A stretch of DNA of 64,000 bases from an uncultured Gemmatimonadales bacterium (GTDB lineage Bacteria; Gemmatimonadota; Gemmatimonadetes; Longimicrobiales; RSA9), in NCBI GenBank assembly GCA_963798085.1, contig CAWCRS010000007.1:352001-416000 (forward strand), in the 5' to 3' direction. The notes beneath the pieces are model-generated. The model saw only the letters and a list, made by a program, of their open reading frames with translations. It did not search any database and was not told where the DNA came from. The first letter of the stretch is position 1; the number at the start of each line of letters is the position of its first letter. Positions 10,424 to 21,128 of this stretch are shown here, piece after piece. Position numbers and translations under genes: made by a program.

Positions 10424-11089
10424 TCAATGCGGTGTCGGGTCGAGACGGACGGCAGCGGATTCATCTCCCGCGGGCGACGCCAGGCCGGACTCCGTCGTGG
10501 CGCCCCGCCGGGGATCGCCACGTTCACCCAGCACGCGTGCCGGATTACCACCCACGATGGCGCGGGCGGCGACCGGCTTGACGACAACCGCGGCCGCGGC
10601 GATCACCGCCTGGTCGTTCACATCTGCGGCCACGACCGCGCTGTTGCCGATCCACACGTCACGGCCAATGCGCACCCGATCGAATGATCCGCCCTGTTTG
10701 CGGATCGGCACATCGAGTCGATCGATGTAGTGCTGATGCGTGCCACTCATGATGTCGACATTCGAGCCGAGCAGCACGTCATCGCCGAGCGTGACCTTGC
10801 CGAGTGTGCAGTAGGCGCCAATGTAGACGCCGTCGCCGATCTCGGCTTCGGGCAATGCGAGGATCGTCCCGAAGCCAATCGTGACGGTACGCGGGCAACG
10901 CGGTAGCACGAGCTGGTAGTGCGCGCGACGGAGGGCCACACCGGGCATGCCCGGCAACAGGGAGTAAGCCTGACTGTAGAACTGGAACCACGCCTGCTTC
11001 CTGCCCGGCACGAGCAGGATCATCAGACGATAGAACAGCCAACCGGGGGAGACGGCTGCCAACGCCAGCGTGTGAATGAGCTTTTTCAT
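10424..11089 (-). CDS. Hexapeptide-repeat (LbH) acyltransferase
   Basis: IGDGVYIG, IGRDVWIG and VGGNPAR motifs. Confidence 0.88.
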   Translation of the reverse strand: MKKLIHTLALAAVSPGWLFYRLMILLVPGRKQAWFQFYSQAYSLLPGMPGVALRRAHYQLVLPRCPRTVTIGFGTILALPEAEIGDGVYIGAYCTLGKVTLGDDVLLGSNVDIMSGTHQHYIDRLDVPIRKQGGSFDRVRIGRDVWIGNSAVVAADVNDQAVIAAAAVVVKPVAARAIVGGNPARVLGERGDPRRGATTESGLASPAGDESAAVRLDPTPH

Positions 11090-11170
11090 ATGATGGGCCG
11101 CGGGTGCTTACGCGACGTCACGCGGCACCGTCCACGCTGAGCGCGACATCGGAACCGGCCAGCCCGGCGA

Positions 11171-12559
11171 TTAATAATCCGGCAGCGGCCGCATACCGGC
11201 GAAACCGCCACGCTCGCCTGCAGGACGGACCATGGCAGGGGTCGCATCCGCGGCGTTGGTAGCGATCCGCGGCCGGTTCTCGTAGTTCACCATGCGGTCC
11301 GCCAGCGCGATCAGCCCGAGCAGCGCGAAGTACGGGCTGAAATACGCATGGGACAGGAAGAATGCGGACACCATGTACGAGAACAGGCTGGCTGCATACT
11401 CCGGTCTTCGATGGACTTCCCTGCCTATGCGCACGCCCCAGGCGTAGCGTCCGCCGAGGTAGAGACCGATCAACATTGAGAAAACGAGAATGGCGCCGCC
11501 GGGGATACCCAGCTCGGCGAAGGCCTGCACGTACGAGTTGTGCGCTGCACTCCACTTGCCGTGGCGGCCTTCGCTGGTAAGGGTTTCGCCTTCCGCGATG
11601 GGAAAGTTGCCGATGCCCACACCGGTCAGCGGATTTTCCTTGATGTAACCCAGCCCGCGTGTCCAGACCGCCTTGCGACCGACCTCTGATGTCATGTTGT
11701 AGTCGTCGTCGAGGTTGGTCATGGTCATCATGCGGTTCTTGAATTTCTGACCGGAGAAGAGCCACGTAGAGGCGCCGCCGACGATGACCAGGCCGACGAT
11801 CACGAGTTTCTTGGTCCCGCGCGATGCCAGGATGTACGCAAGCCCGGCGGCGGCCAGCCCGACCAGGCCGCCGCGAGAGCGTGTGCCGACCACGACTGTC
11901 ACGGTGAGGATGACCGCGAAAACGGAAATCAGCCGCCACTTCAGATTCGATGCACGCTCGGCGAGCCCCGCCGCGAGTGGCAGGCCCATGGCAAACAGCG
12001 ATGCAATGTCATTGGAATCGTAGGTCACGCCGAAGGTCAGGCGCCCGGTCGCGGAGCCGGCCTCGCCCAGCATGCCAAAGGCGATCAACAGCATCACCCA
12101 CCAGAACTGCAGTCGGTCCACGGTCGACTTCGTCGGTGGGCAGATGGCGAATGCAGTGAAAAGCAGGATGCCGGGAAACAGACCCTGCACCGCGTCGAAA
12201 GCACCTCCCTTGTACAGGGCCAGTGGCACGGTGAGGATGCACCAGACGAAATAGGCGAGCACGAGGGAAGCGAGCGGATGCCGCATCGCCGCCCTTATGG
12301 ACGGCTTCGTCGTGTGACGGACGAGCAGGAAAGTGCCTATGACCGAAACCAGGAGTGCCGGCCGGAACGCACCGGTCGGGGGATAGAGCTCCTGGATTTT
12401 GAGCCCCACGGTGCCCAGCATGGCGGCCGCGATCCACACGGCTTTGGGCCACGGAGCGTCCGACACGCTGCCGGCGCTGACGCCGACAGCCGGACCCGAC
12501 GGCACACTCAAACGCGCCCCAGGCGAAGCCGCCAGCAGTCCGCCGCGCGCCCGACTCAT
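11171..12559 (-). CDS. O-antigen ligase / Wzy polymerase family membrane protein
   Basis: Multiple TM helices; D.ND, TRSRGG, R..W...L....ENPLTGVG.GNF and AHNSY...AELG motifs. Confidence 0.88.
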   Translation of the reverse strand: MSRARGGLLAASPGARLSVPSGPAVGVSAGSVSDAPWPKAVWIAAAMLGTVGLKIQELYPPTGAFRPALLVSVIGTFLLVRHTTKPSIRAAMRHPLASLVLAYFVWCILTVPLALYKGGAFDAVQGLFPGILLFTAFAICPPTKSTVDRLQFWWVMLLIAFGMLGEAGSATGRLTFGVTYDSNDIASLFAMGLPLAAGLAERASNLKWRLISVFAVILTVTVVVGTRSRGGLVGLAAAGLAYILASRGTKKLVIVGLVIVGGASTWLFSGQKFKNRMMTMTNLDDDYNMTSEVGRKAVWTRGLGYIKENPLTGVGIGNFPIAEGETLTSEGRHGKWSAAHNSYVQAFAELGIPGGAILVFSMLIGLYLGGRYAWGVRIGREVHRRPEYAASLFSYMVSAFFLSHAYFSPYFALLGLIALADRMVNYENRPRIATNAADATPAMVRPAGERGGFAGMRPLPDY

Positions 12560-12676
12560 TCCCGCCTCATCCGCAATGCGTGTGGACCACGTTCACAAGC
12601 CGGATTCCCTTCGCAGAGCACTCTCTTCCTCACGACGATATCACATAGCGGTGAAGATCCATTCCCCGCGCCGGTT

Positions 12677-12692
12677 TGCAAGCTTCATTCCC
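12677..12692 (-). promoter_or_regulatory. Candidate sigma-54 -24/-12 promoter for the wzy-like operon
   Basis: Minus strand GGGAATGAAGCTTGCA (GG-N10-GC, TTGCA). Confidence 0.4.
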
Positions 12693-12961
12693 CGTGAGTC
12701 GCTTCGAACTGACCCGGGCCTGGCTCTGGCATGCGACCGTGCCTGTTACCCCCGAACCCGCGGGCCTTGCCCGGCGGGACCTGGGCTGTTGCCCTGGCAG
12801 GCGAAGCTGTGGTGGCGAGCCCGCCGCAGAGGCTGCGGCGCCCCGGCCGGTGATTTGACAGCCATTGGCAACGAGTTCCCGTCCGCGTAATCGAGGGCGA
12901 GAACGACGGTTCTGCCGAACGTGGTAAGGCCTTGGAATCGTGACATCTGCGACCCCTTGAA

Positions 12962-12977
12962 TGGCACCGTTCTTGCC
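12962..12977 (+). promoter_or_regulatory. Sigma-54 -24/-12 promoter for the fkbH operon
   Basis: TGGCAC-CGTTC-TTGCC, near-perfect TGGCAC-N5-TTGC consensus, about 170 nt upstream of the ATG at 13146. Confidence 0.65.
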
Positions 12978-13145
12978 CCCGGCCGGCAGGCAAAATGTCG
13001 TAAACGCGGTAACGAATCGCGGCGCACACGGGCCTTGGCGCAACCGCCGGCGCCTGATCTCAATGCGCAATGGCGGGTACGGGAATGCCGCGATTCGCCG
13101 CTTGTGTTGCAGAGCGAGAGCACAAAACATGGGTCGTCCGAAACA

Positions 13146-14876
13146 ATGAAGCTGGCCGAAGCGTTGCGCATTACCCATTCAGCCCGCGCTGACGCTCCGG
13201 TTTTCCGGCTGCGCCTGGCCTGCGGTTTCACACCCCTCCATCTCCAGACCTTCACTGGCGCGTTCCTGCAGTTGTCGCTGCCGGATCGTCGGGTGGTGAT
13301 CGAAACCGGGCTGTTCGGTGATCTGCCGGGCACGCTGAGCCGGGCGCCGGACAACGGGCCGGACGCCACCGCGCTCGTGGTGGAGTGGTCAGACCTCGAT
13401 CCGCGGCTTGGTTACCGCAGCCTTGGCGGCTGGAGCCATACCAATGAAGCCGACATCGTGCGGCAGGTACGCGCTACTCTGAAGCGCATCGGACAGCAGC
13501 TCAACCGCCTGGGCGGAAGCGGGCCGGTTGCGGTCACCATGCCGACGTTGCCCCTTCCGCCCGCATTCCACACGGCTGCGGCCCATGCGGGAGCGAGCGA
13601 GAGCAACCTGCTGGCCACAGTGCACGAGGCGGCAGCCGAATGGGCAGGATCGGCACGGATCCGGCTGGTCAGCCAGCAGCATCTGGCAATGCAATCGCCA
13701 CCGGCTGGGCGGCTCGATCTGAAGTCCGACCTGTTTTCCGGGTTTCCATACAGTGTACCGCATGCATCCGCGGTAGGTCACGCGCTGGCGCAGCTGGTGG
13801 CGCCGGCCGCTCCGAAGAAGGGCCTTATTACCGACCTGGACGACACGTTGTGGCTGGGTATCGTGGGCGAGGTAGGTTCCGAGGCTGTGGCATGGGACCT
13901 CAACGGGCACGGCCAGATCCATGGGCTGTACCAGCAGACTCTGCGCGCGCTCGGCGACCAGGGCGTGCTCCTCGCGGTGGCCAGCAAGAATGACCCGGCG
14001 ATTGCCGGCCGCGCGCTGGAGCGCAAGGATCTGCTGCTGACGCAGGACCGTCTTTTCCCGATCGAAATCCACTGGCAGGCCAAGTCGACATCGGTCGCAC
14101 GCATCCTGAGCAGCTGGAACATCGGCGCGGGCAATGTGGTGTTCGTGGACGACAGCCCGATGGAGATTGGCGAAGTGCGCGCCGCCTTTCCGGAAATGGA
14201 GTGCATCGAATTTCCGAAGCAGGATCACGCGGCGGCCGATCAGGTACTGCGGCGCCTGCGCGACCTGTTCGGCAAGGCGCAACTCTCATCCGAAGATGCG
14301 CTGCGCATGGAGAGTCTGCGTCAGGGTGCGCGCTTCAGCGTCGAGTTGGCGGAGTCTGATGTCTCCGAGCATTTTCTGGAGGGGCTGGGTGCTACGATCA
14401 CTGTCGATGCGGCTGCAGCGGAGCACCCGCGCTCGCTCGAGCTGATCAACAAGACGAACCAGTTCAATCTGAATGGCAAGCGCATCACGACGGCAGACTG
14501 GAGCACATTTACGCAGGCGTCGGGCAGCCTGGTGTGGGCCGTTGCCTACAGCGACAAGTTCGGCCCTCTCGGTCGCATCGCGGTGGTGCAGGGCAATCGC
14601 AACAGCAACACGCTGCGTGTGAACAGCTGGGTGATGAGCTGTCGCGCGTTCGCGCGCCGCATCGAGCACCAGACGCTGCGGCTGCTCTTCGACAACACGG
14701 GCGTGGAAGTGATCGTGTTCGATTTTCAGGCGACGGAGCGGAATGGGCCGCTCGTCGAGTTTCTGACTTCCGTGCTGGGAGAGGCACCGAAACCGGGTGT
14801 GTGTCTCACGCGCCAGGTCTTCGAGCGCAGCTGTCCGCCACTGGCCCATACGATTGAATGGGAAGCGACGAAATGA
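13146..14876 (+). CDS. FkbH-like HAD-IIIC phosphatase / glyceryl-ACP loading enzyme
   Basis: DLDDTLW, SKND, FVDDSP.E, KTNQFN, DKFG..G and MSCR motifs. Confidence 0.92.
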   Translation: MKLAEALRITHSARADAPVFRLRLACGFTPLHLQTFTGAFLQLSLPDRRVVIETGLFGDLPGTLSRAPDNGPDATALVVEWSDLDPRLGYRSLGGWSHTNEADIVRQVRATLKRIGQQLNRLGGSGPVAVTMPTLPLPPAFHTAAAHAGASESNLLATVHEAAAEWAGSARIRLVSQQHLAMQSPPAGRLDLKSDLFSGFPYSVPHASAVGHALAQLVAPAAPKKGLITDLDDTLWLGIVGEVGSEAVAWDLNGHGQIHGLYQQTLRALGDQGVLLAVASKNDPAIAGRALERKDLLLTQDRLFPIEIHWQAKSTSVARILSSWNIGAGNVVFVDDSPMEIGEVRAAFPEMECIEFPKQDHAAADQVLRRLRDLFGKAQLSSEDALRMESLRQGARFSVELAESDVSEHFLEGLGATITVDAAAAEHPRSLELINKTNQFNLNGKRITTADWSTFTQASGSLVWAVAYSDKFGPLGRIAVVQGNRNSNTLRVNSWVMSCRAFARRIEHQTLRLLFDNTGVEVIVFDFQATERNGPLVEFLTSVLGEAPKPGVCLTRQVFERSCPPLAHTIEWEATK

Positions 14877-15115
14877 ACGACATTCAGACGCGACTCGCGA
14901 AGTGCTTCGCCACAGTCTTTCCCACGATTACAGAGGGCGACATTCAGGCAGCTTCGCCCACCACACTGCCCGAATGGGACTCCATTACTGCGATTCAGCT
15001 GCTGGTGGTGATCGAGGAGGAATTCGAAACGCAGATCGATTTCGAGCATCTCGCGGAGCTGGATTCGTTCGGCGCGATCGAACGGTTCCTGGCGGACCGG
15101 GCGCCAACCCCATAG
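14873..15115 (+). CDS. Acyl carrier protein
   Basis: 80 aa acidic protein with WDSITAIQLL phosphopantetheine site and IEEEF; ATGA overlap with fkbH. Confidence 0.9.
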   Translation: MNDIQTRLAKCFATVFPTITEGDIQAASPTTLPEWDSITAIQLLVVIEEEFETQIDFEHLAELDSFGAIERFLADRAPTP

Positions 15116-15129
15116 ACACGGCTGTTCCA

Positions 15130-15564
15130 TTGACAAGCGAATTCACACTGGGCAGGCTGCACCATGCGGGGATTGTAGTGCGGTCGATTGCCGAGGTGCT
15201 GCCGGGCTGGCTGCGCTCTCTGAACGCTCGCGCATTGACGGACATCATCGTGGACCCGCTGCAGCGGGCGCGCGTGCTTTTCCTGCAGACCTCGCCGGCC
15301 GAGACTGCACAGATCGAACTCGTGGAGCCGGACGGAGAGGATTCGCCTGTGCAGCGATTCCTGGCCAGGGGCGGTGGACTGAACCATCTCTGCTACGAGG
15401 TTGACGACCTGAACGGTGCGCTCGATGAAATGCGACGGCGCCGCTGTGTCGTGGTTTCGAAGCCGAAGCCGGCCGTCGCTTTCAATGGCAGGCCCGTAGC
15501 CTGGGTGATGACGCCGGAATGGCTGCTGATCGAGCTGCTCCTGGCCGAAGCCGCGCAAGCCTGA
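15130..15564 (+). CDS. VOC-family protein (methylmalonyl-CoA epimerase-like)
   Basis: LHHAGIVV, IELVEP, GGLNHLCYEV and LIEL metal-ligand pattern; TTG start inferred. Confidence 0.85.
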   Translation: MTSEFTLGRLHHAGIVVRSIAEVLPGWLRSLNARALTDIIVDPLQRARVLFLQTSPAETAQIELVEPDGEDSPVQRFLARGGGLNHLCYEVDDLNGALDEMRRRRCVVVSKPKPAVAFNGRPVAWVMTPEWLLIELLLAEAAQA

Positions 15565-15577
15565 GCGACCACAAACC

Positions 15578-16342
15578 ATGCAATCATTCCTGCTGAAGCT
15601 CCGGCGTGGCCAGGGACCCTTCTTCGGGCCTCTGAAGCGTGCTGTGCTCTGGACGCAACGCTTCAGCATCACGCCGCCAGCCGTCCTCAAGCCGCTGGCG
15701 CGATTCATGTATTACATGCATTTCGGCATCTGGTTCGCGGGACACACGGTGATAACCGTCTTTTACCGCGGGCCACTTTTCAAGGCACGGTGCGAGAAGG
15801 TGGGCCGGCGACTCAGCATCTGGTCGCTGCCCGACATCAGCGGTCCGGTCGAGCTGTACATTGGAGACGACGTCGAGATCTTCGGACACCTGGGCGTCAC
15901 GAGCGGCCGCATTTTCGACCGGCCTCGCCTGGTTATCGGCGATCGCGTCAATGTGGGCCACGACATTCAGATCGTGGTCAACAAGGAAGTGATCATCGGC
16001 GATGAGGTCAACATCGCAGGGGGCGTGCGCATTCTGGACACCGATTCGCACCCGCGCGACACGGAAGCGCGGGCCGGCGGTCAGCCGCCGCCGGTGGAGG
16101 AGATACGTCCGGTTCACATCGGCAATCGCGCGTGGCTGGGTCGCAGCTGTTTCATCATGAAGGGTGTGACCGTCGGTGAAGGCGCGGTGATCGGTGCTAA
16201 CAGTGTGGTAGTGACCGATATTCCGCCCTATGCCGTCGCCATGGGCAACCCGGCACGCGTGGTGATCAAGGATGTGCGGATCAGTGCGGGGGCGAAACCG
16301 GCGGCGACAATCGAGACGCCGGCGGTCGCAGCAGAGAGTTAG
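15578..16342 (+). CDS. Hexapeptide-repeat (LbH) acyltransferase
   Basis: IGDRVNVG, DTDSHP, IGNRAWLG, VGEGAVIGANSVV and GNPARV motifs. Confidence 0.88.
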   Translation: MQSFLLKLRRGQGPFFGPLKRAVLWTQRFSITPPAVLKPLARFMYYMHFGIWFAGHTVITVFYRGPLFKARCEKVGRRLSIWSLPDISGPVELYIGDDVEIFGHLGVTSGRIFDRPRLVIGDRVNVGHDIQIVVNKEVIIGDEVNIAGGVRILDTDSHPRDTEARAGGQPPPVEEIRPVHIGNRAWLGRSCFIMKGVTVGEGAVIGANSVVVTDIPPYAVAMGNPARVVIKDVRISAGAKPAATIETPAVAAES

Positions 16343-16372
16343 GAAGACCGGCGAGCGCCGGCACGCGACCGC

Positions 16373-17594
16373 TCAGCGTGCTGCCGCAACCTGCCCGACC
16401 ACTTCAGCCGCGATTTCCAGGAAGCGCTCCGCACGTACGTCCCAGGTGTGCTCGCGCGCAGTGCGCCGCCGCAGCAGGCGCTGCCGCTCGTCATCCCGTT
16501 CGCGCTGCACGCGGACCGCCTCGATGAACGCCTGCTGATCCTCCGCAATGGCCACCATGGAGGCGAAGCTGCGTGCTTCCGGCAGCGCCGTGGTCACGAC
16601 GGGAATGCCGGCCGCGAGGTACTCCAGCAGCTTGAGCGGATTGATGGCCAGGGCGGCGCGATTCAGGACATACGGCACGAGGCCCACATCGAAGGACTGC
16701 ATGTAGGCGGGTAACTCGCTGTAAGGGCGCTTGCCCAGCAGATGAATGTTGGGGAGATCGAGCCGGTCGCGGGGAACGAAGAGTGGACCCACGATGATCA
16801 CGGAGCCCGCAGGATTCGCTTCGGCCACAGCGCGTATCAGGTCGACATCACAGCGTTCATCAATGCTGCCGGCAACGCCAATGCGCGGGTGCGGCAGATC
16901 GCGCACATCCGCAGGCGCTGGCGCGTCGACCGCGAAAGGTTCGTAATTCACGCCCTGCGGCAGGTAGTACACACGACCTGATGCGGGCCGGCGCGTCTCG
17001 GCGAGGATGCGGGCGGTTGCCACGACGGCGTCGACCTTCGACAGCAGTTCGTCCTCGAGCGGCTGGATCATCGCGCCGCTGACGCCGGGCGATGCGCCGT
17101 AATCATCCAGGCAGTAGTAGATGGAGGCCGCTTCGCCGAGGTTTCCCACTGCAGCGACGGGCGCCGGGCTGCCGGTCACGAATACGGGCGCACGACCGGG
17201 CGCGACGGAGCGTATGGCCTTGCGCACCTCACGAATGACAGAGAAGCGGTTGAGCAAGCGCACGGCCGGCGAGCTGTGCCAGGGCAGCGCGAACGGCTGC
17301 GCCAGGTACGAGGGCCGCTCCCTGTCATCCCCTGCCAGCTCGGGAGGACGCAGCATTGCCTTCGCCTTGGCCACCACGCGCATGAGATCGTAAGGGGTGA
17401 GGCGAGGTACACGATGGCCGATGCCGTTGAGCCAGAATGACGGGGTAGCGGCGGAGCACGCGCTGAAACACGTGCTGCACCGTGGAAACGTGTCGTCCCC
17501 AGTCGTCACCAAAAACCACGAACGGCGTTCCAGGCGCCAGGCTCAGATCCGGAGCGCCAGCGGGCAGCGCGGTCACAGCCGCTGAATCACGCAT
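16373..17594 (-). CDS. Glycosyltransferase, GT4 (TuaH-like); frameshift near 17437
   Basis: FGDDWGRH.S..QH N-terminus in one frame; YYCLDDY, QGVNY and NPLKLLEYLAAG.PVV in the other. Confidence 0.8.
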
Positions 17595-18714
17595 CCCACA
17601 CCCGCCAGTGACCGCGAATGCCATTGAAGCCGGCAACCACGGCGGCGATCTGCAGCAGCATGCCCTCGATCAGGACGCGGCGCACGCGCGTGCCGAGACG
17701 GCCGCGGGCCCGTGCGATCCAGATTCCGACAATGGCGGCAACCAGCAGCCCGGCGATGAGTGCGGGCGCTTCCCAGGCGTGCAACAGCAGGACCAGGGCC
17801 CACGCGAGCGGCACTAACACGAAGTAAGGGGTGAGCAGGCGGAGCAGTTTGTGAAATACGAACTGGGGCCAGACAGGATTGCGCAGGGGAACCAGCACTG
17901 CCGGCAGCCAGGCGCAGAGCTGGAGCACCCCTGTGAGCGTGCGCACCTTGCGACCGTATTCCTGCGAAGGCGTGGGCTTGCGCGTCTCCAGCGCCGTGGC
18001 GTCTGGTGCGACAGCCACGCGATAGCCTGAGAGCACGACGCGCATGGGCGTGTAGACGTCGTCCAGGATGAGCCCGCTGCGCAACGGTGCCCAGAGCGCG
18101 CGGCGCAAAGCCCACACGGCGCCGGTGGCGCCCACTGAGGAATGCACCTTCGCTTCGCACCGGCGCAGCCACTGCTCGAAGGTCCAATAGAGCGAGACCA
18201 CGCGGCCGGCGCCTGGCGCCAGCCGGTAATTCCCGGTGACGGCGCCAACCTCGGACCGGCTGAACGGTCGCACGAGCGCGGCAATCGTTCCAGGATCGAA
18301 GCGCTGGTGTGTGTCGGCGAAAACGACGATCTCACCCTCGGCCACGCGGAGGGCTGCGTTGAGGCCCGCAGCTTTGCCGCCGGGCTCGTCCGCCAGCACC
18401 AGGCGCACGTTGCCGGAGAGGTTGCGCAGGGAGTCGGTGAGCTGAGGCAATGGCAGGCTGCGATCGCAGGCAATGACGATCTCGAAGTGATCCCGCGAGA
18501 ACGTCGTCCGCAGCAGGTCACGGACACGCTCGACAACGGCCATCGGAGCGTCCCGTGTGGCCACGACAATCGACACAAACGGGTCGGAGCCGTCGCACGG
18601 GGCGGCGGAGCCGCGCCGGAGTCTCGCCAGGATCCCGATCACGGCCGGGTAGAAGCCCCAGACCGCGAACAGTCCGAGCAGACAGACAAAGGCCAGAAAG
18701 CCAAGGATCGACAA
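17587..18714 (-). CDS. Glycosyltransferase family 2 with TM helices
   Basis: GKAAGLN, VFADT, GATGA.W, LDD and EY.RKVRTL.G motifs. Confidence 0.88.
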   Translation of the reverse strand: MSILGFLAFVCLLGLFAVWGFYPAVIGILARLRRGSAAPCDGSDPFVSIVVATRDAPMAVVERVRDLLRTTFSRDHFEIVIACDRSLPLPQLTDSLRNLSGNVRLVLADEPGGKAAGLNAALRVAEGEIVVFADTHQRFDPGTIAALVRPFSRSEVGAVTGNYRLAPGAGRVVSLYWTFEQWLRRCEAKVHSSVGATGAVWALRRALWAPLRSGLILDDVYTPMRVVLSGYRVAVAPDATALETRKPTPSQEYGRKVRTLTGVLQLCAWLPAVLVPLRNPVWPQFVFHKLLRLLTPYFVLVPLAWALVLLLHAWEAPALIAGLLVAAIVGIWIARARGRLGTRVRRVLIEGMLLQIAAVVAGFNGIRGHWRVWDA

Positions 18715-18802
18715 ACGGTACCGCTCCGATCTTCAGCTCAGATGAAGGCAGCGACAGTGCCGAACGATGTGCCGGGCAAGCATCGGAATCGGGCGTCGGG
18801 AA

Positions 18803-18818
18803 TGCAATCCCGGGGCCG
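18803..18818 (-). promoter_or_regulatory. Candidate sigma-54 promoter
   Basis: Minus strand CGGCCCCGGGATTGCA, about 90 nt upstream of the GT2. Confidence 0.4.
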
Positions 18819-18890
18819 GCCAGGCATGACGTGAGACATTGCGGCCGGACGTTGCGGTCGCGCAACAGGTGCAGGCCGGGGTAGCGCCGG

Positions 18891-20079
18891 TCACGCGGAA
18901 TAACGGTCGCCGACGGGCACGGGGGAGGGGGTCGACGGCTGTTGCTGCGTCAGGCGGAACGGAACGAGTTCGCCGTACAGCTCGAGATGGCGCTGCACTC
19001 GTCGGTCCAGAGAGAAGGCGACCGCAGTGGCAGCCCGGGCCTCTCGAGAGGCCGGCGCGTGGCGCAGCTCGACCGCGGCCGGAATGGCCTTCGCCATCGC
19101 CGCCGGGTCCTGTGGTGGAACGATGACGCCAGTCAGCGGATCAGTCAGCACATCCGCCACGGCGCCTACGGCCGTTGTCAGGACGGGCCGGTCCGCGCCG
19201 ATCGCCTCGAGCAGCACGTTGGGCAGACCTTCCGTGTGCGATGGAATGACGAGCAGATCGATTTCGCGGTAAAGCGCTGACACGTTGTTAATGGCACCCA
19301 GAAAACGCACGCGGGCACCGAGATCGAGCCGCTCGGCGCGGGCGAGCAGAGCTTCACGCTCCGGCCCGTCGCCGGCGACAAGGGCGGAGAATGAGAAACC
19401 ATCCGCCTGGAGCAAGGCGCAGGCGTCCAGAAAAACGTCTACCCCCTTCTCGGGACTCAGCCGGCCGACGACCCCGAGGACGGGTCTGTGCAGCCCGGCG
19501 GCCGCCGCTGCGGTCGCGGCCGCATCATCGGTCCCGGCGGGACCCGTGTCCGGAAGCACGGCGTTATGAAGGACGCGCACACGGCTGCCGAGAATGGGAG
19601 AGGCACGCCTTCTGGCGGGCGGACATCACCACGACCCGGTCCGCTGACGCGAGCATCCGATGGTCCAGCCAGTGGTAGAAACGGGCCTTCACGTCCTCGT
19701 GCGTTTCGCCGTGAAAGAAGCCGATCCACGGAAGCCGCGAGCCGAAACGACGGAGCAGCCACGCCGCGGCGGTCGCCTTGTAATTGTGGGTCTGGATCAG
19801 GTCAGGCTGAAGCCGTTCGAAGAGCCTGGCCAGGCGCCCTGGCAGGCCTGGGTCGAGCGGACCGCGATCCTCTACGATATGGTGAGGAACGCCGCTGCCG
19901 TCGAGATGCGCGGCGAGTGCAGGCGAAGGGTTCCGCGGCCGGTGCAGAATGACGACATCGAAATCGACACCGGCGCGTATGAGCGCGGCCCCCAGCGCAC
20001 ACAGCTGGCGCCCCGGGCCGGATACATTTTCGCTCGCGATGATCGCGGTAATGCGCACGCTTCTGGTGGTGTGAGGCAC
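18891..20079 (-). CDS. Glycosyltransferase family 4 (frameshift near 19593; start 20058 or 20079)
   Basis: SGPGRQL and QTHNYK in ORF 19564-20220; VGRLSPEKG and EGLPNVLLEA in ORF 18891-19580. Confidence 0.82.
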
Positions 20080-20105
20080 GGTGATGGGTCTACAAGCGTC
20101 GCGAG

Positions 20106-20121
20106 TGCAAGAGACACGCCG
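20106..20121 (-). promoter_or_regulatory. Candidate sigma-54 promoter
   Basis: Minus strand CGGCGTGTCTCTTGCA, just upstream of the GT4 start. Confidence 0.5.
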
Positions 20122-20149
20122 CGCTGTGTCGGAGCATGGAGAGTTGCGA

Positions 20150-20165
20150 AGGCACAGGTCGTGCG
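20150..20165 (+). promoter_or_regulatory. Candidate sigma-54 promoter
   Basis: AGGCAC-AGGTC-GTGCG, about 120 nt upstream of the methyltransferase. Confidence 0.4.
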
Positions 20166-20285
20166 CAGAGCCGGGTTGGGCTGCCTTGGCCGCAGGCCAT
20201 CCGAAAAAACTGGGTTCCATTCATTCGCGCAGCGGTTCACGGCGGTGCGCCGGCTCGAACAGCGCAGAAGAGGACAGGCAGGCCG

Positions 20286-21128
20286 ATGGCCATCGCCGCA
20301 CGACTCCGGGATCTCAACTGGCGTGCCTACTGGGCCTGCCAGCGCGCCATTACGCCGGGTCTGCGCTACTCCCAGAACTACTACGAGGATGCGCTGAGGC
20401 GGGCCGTACAGGAAGGCGTAGCCTGGCTGGATGTGGGCTGCGGCAAGCGCATTCTCCCGGAATGGCGACAGGACTCGGAACTGGAGCTGGTGGGCCGCGC
20501 AAAGACACTCGCCGGGCTGGATCCGGACCTGCCGTCGCTCCAGGCAAACAATACCATTCGAATGCGCATCACCGGTTTCGCCGACCGCCTGCCTTTCAGG
20601 CCCGAGACGTTCGACCTCGTCACCGCCAACATGGTCCTTGAGCATGTGCGCGATCCGGCGGACCAGTTCCGCGAGATTCTGCGCGTGCTGCGTCCGGGCG
20701 GGCGGTTCCTCTTTCACACCCCGAACCGGCGCGGCTACACGACGCAGATGGCGATGGTGGCACCAGAGTGGCTGAAGCAGAGCGCCGTCCGCGTACTCGA
20801 GGGACGGCGCAGTGATGACGTATTTCCCACGTTCTATCGCGCCAATACGGACGACCGTATTCGCGACATTGCCGCCTCCGTCGGCTTCGAGACGGAGTCG
20901 ATCGACCATATCCCGACCGCCGCGCAGTTCGCCGTCATTCCGCCGCTTGCGGTCATGGAGCTGCTCTGGATCCGTCAGCTGATGAAGGATCGGTTTGCCC
21001 GGCTCCGGCAGACGCTGGTTGCCTGTCTGCGGAAGCCGGGGCAGGAGGCCAGCCCTTCGTCGGCCACAGAGCAGAGCACTTCCGCGCTTGCTGCGGGCAC
21101 GAACGGGCGCCCATCCGCGGTCCGGTGA
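20286..21128 (+). CDS. Class I SAM-dependent methyltransferase
   Basis: WLDVGCG, LPF..ETFDLV, VLEHV.DP and RVLRPGG motifs. Confidence 0.88.
   Translation: MAIAARLRDLNWRAYWACQRAITPGLRYSQNYYEDALRRAVQEGVAWLDVGCGKRILPEWRQDSELELVGRAKTLAGLDPDLPSLQANNTIRMRITGFADRLPFRPETFDLVTANMVLEHVRDPADQFREILRVLRPGGRFLFHTPNRRGYTTQMAMVAPEWLKQSAVRVLEGRRSDDVFPTFYRANTDDRIRDIAASVGFETESIDHIPTAAQFAVIPPLAVMELLWIRQLMKDRFARLRQTLVACLRKPGQEASPSSATEQSTSALAAGTNGRPSAVR

Noticed and set aside
12855..12885. Sigma-70 promoter from TTGACA
   Set aside because: No -10 element at 16-18 nt spacing.
13146..15115. PKS/NRPS or tetronate cluster
   Set aside because: No ketosynthase, adenylation, condensation or FabH-like gene in the window.
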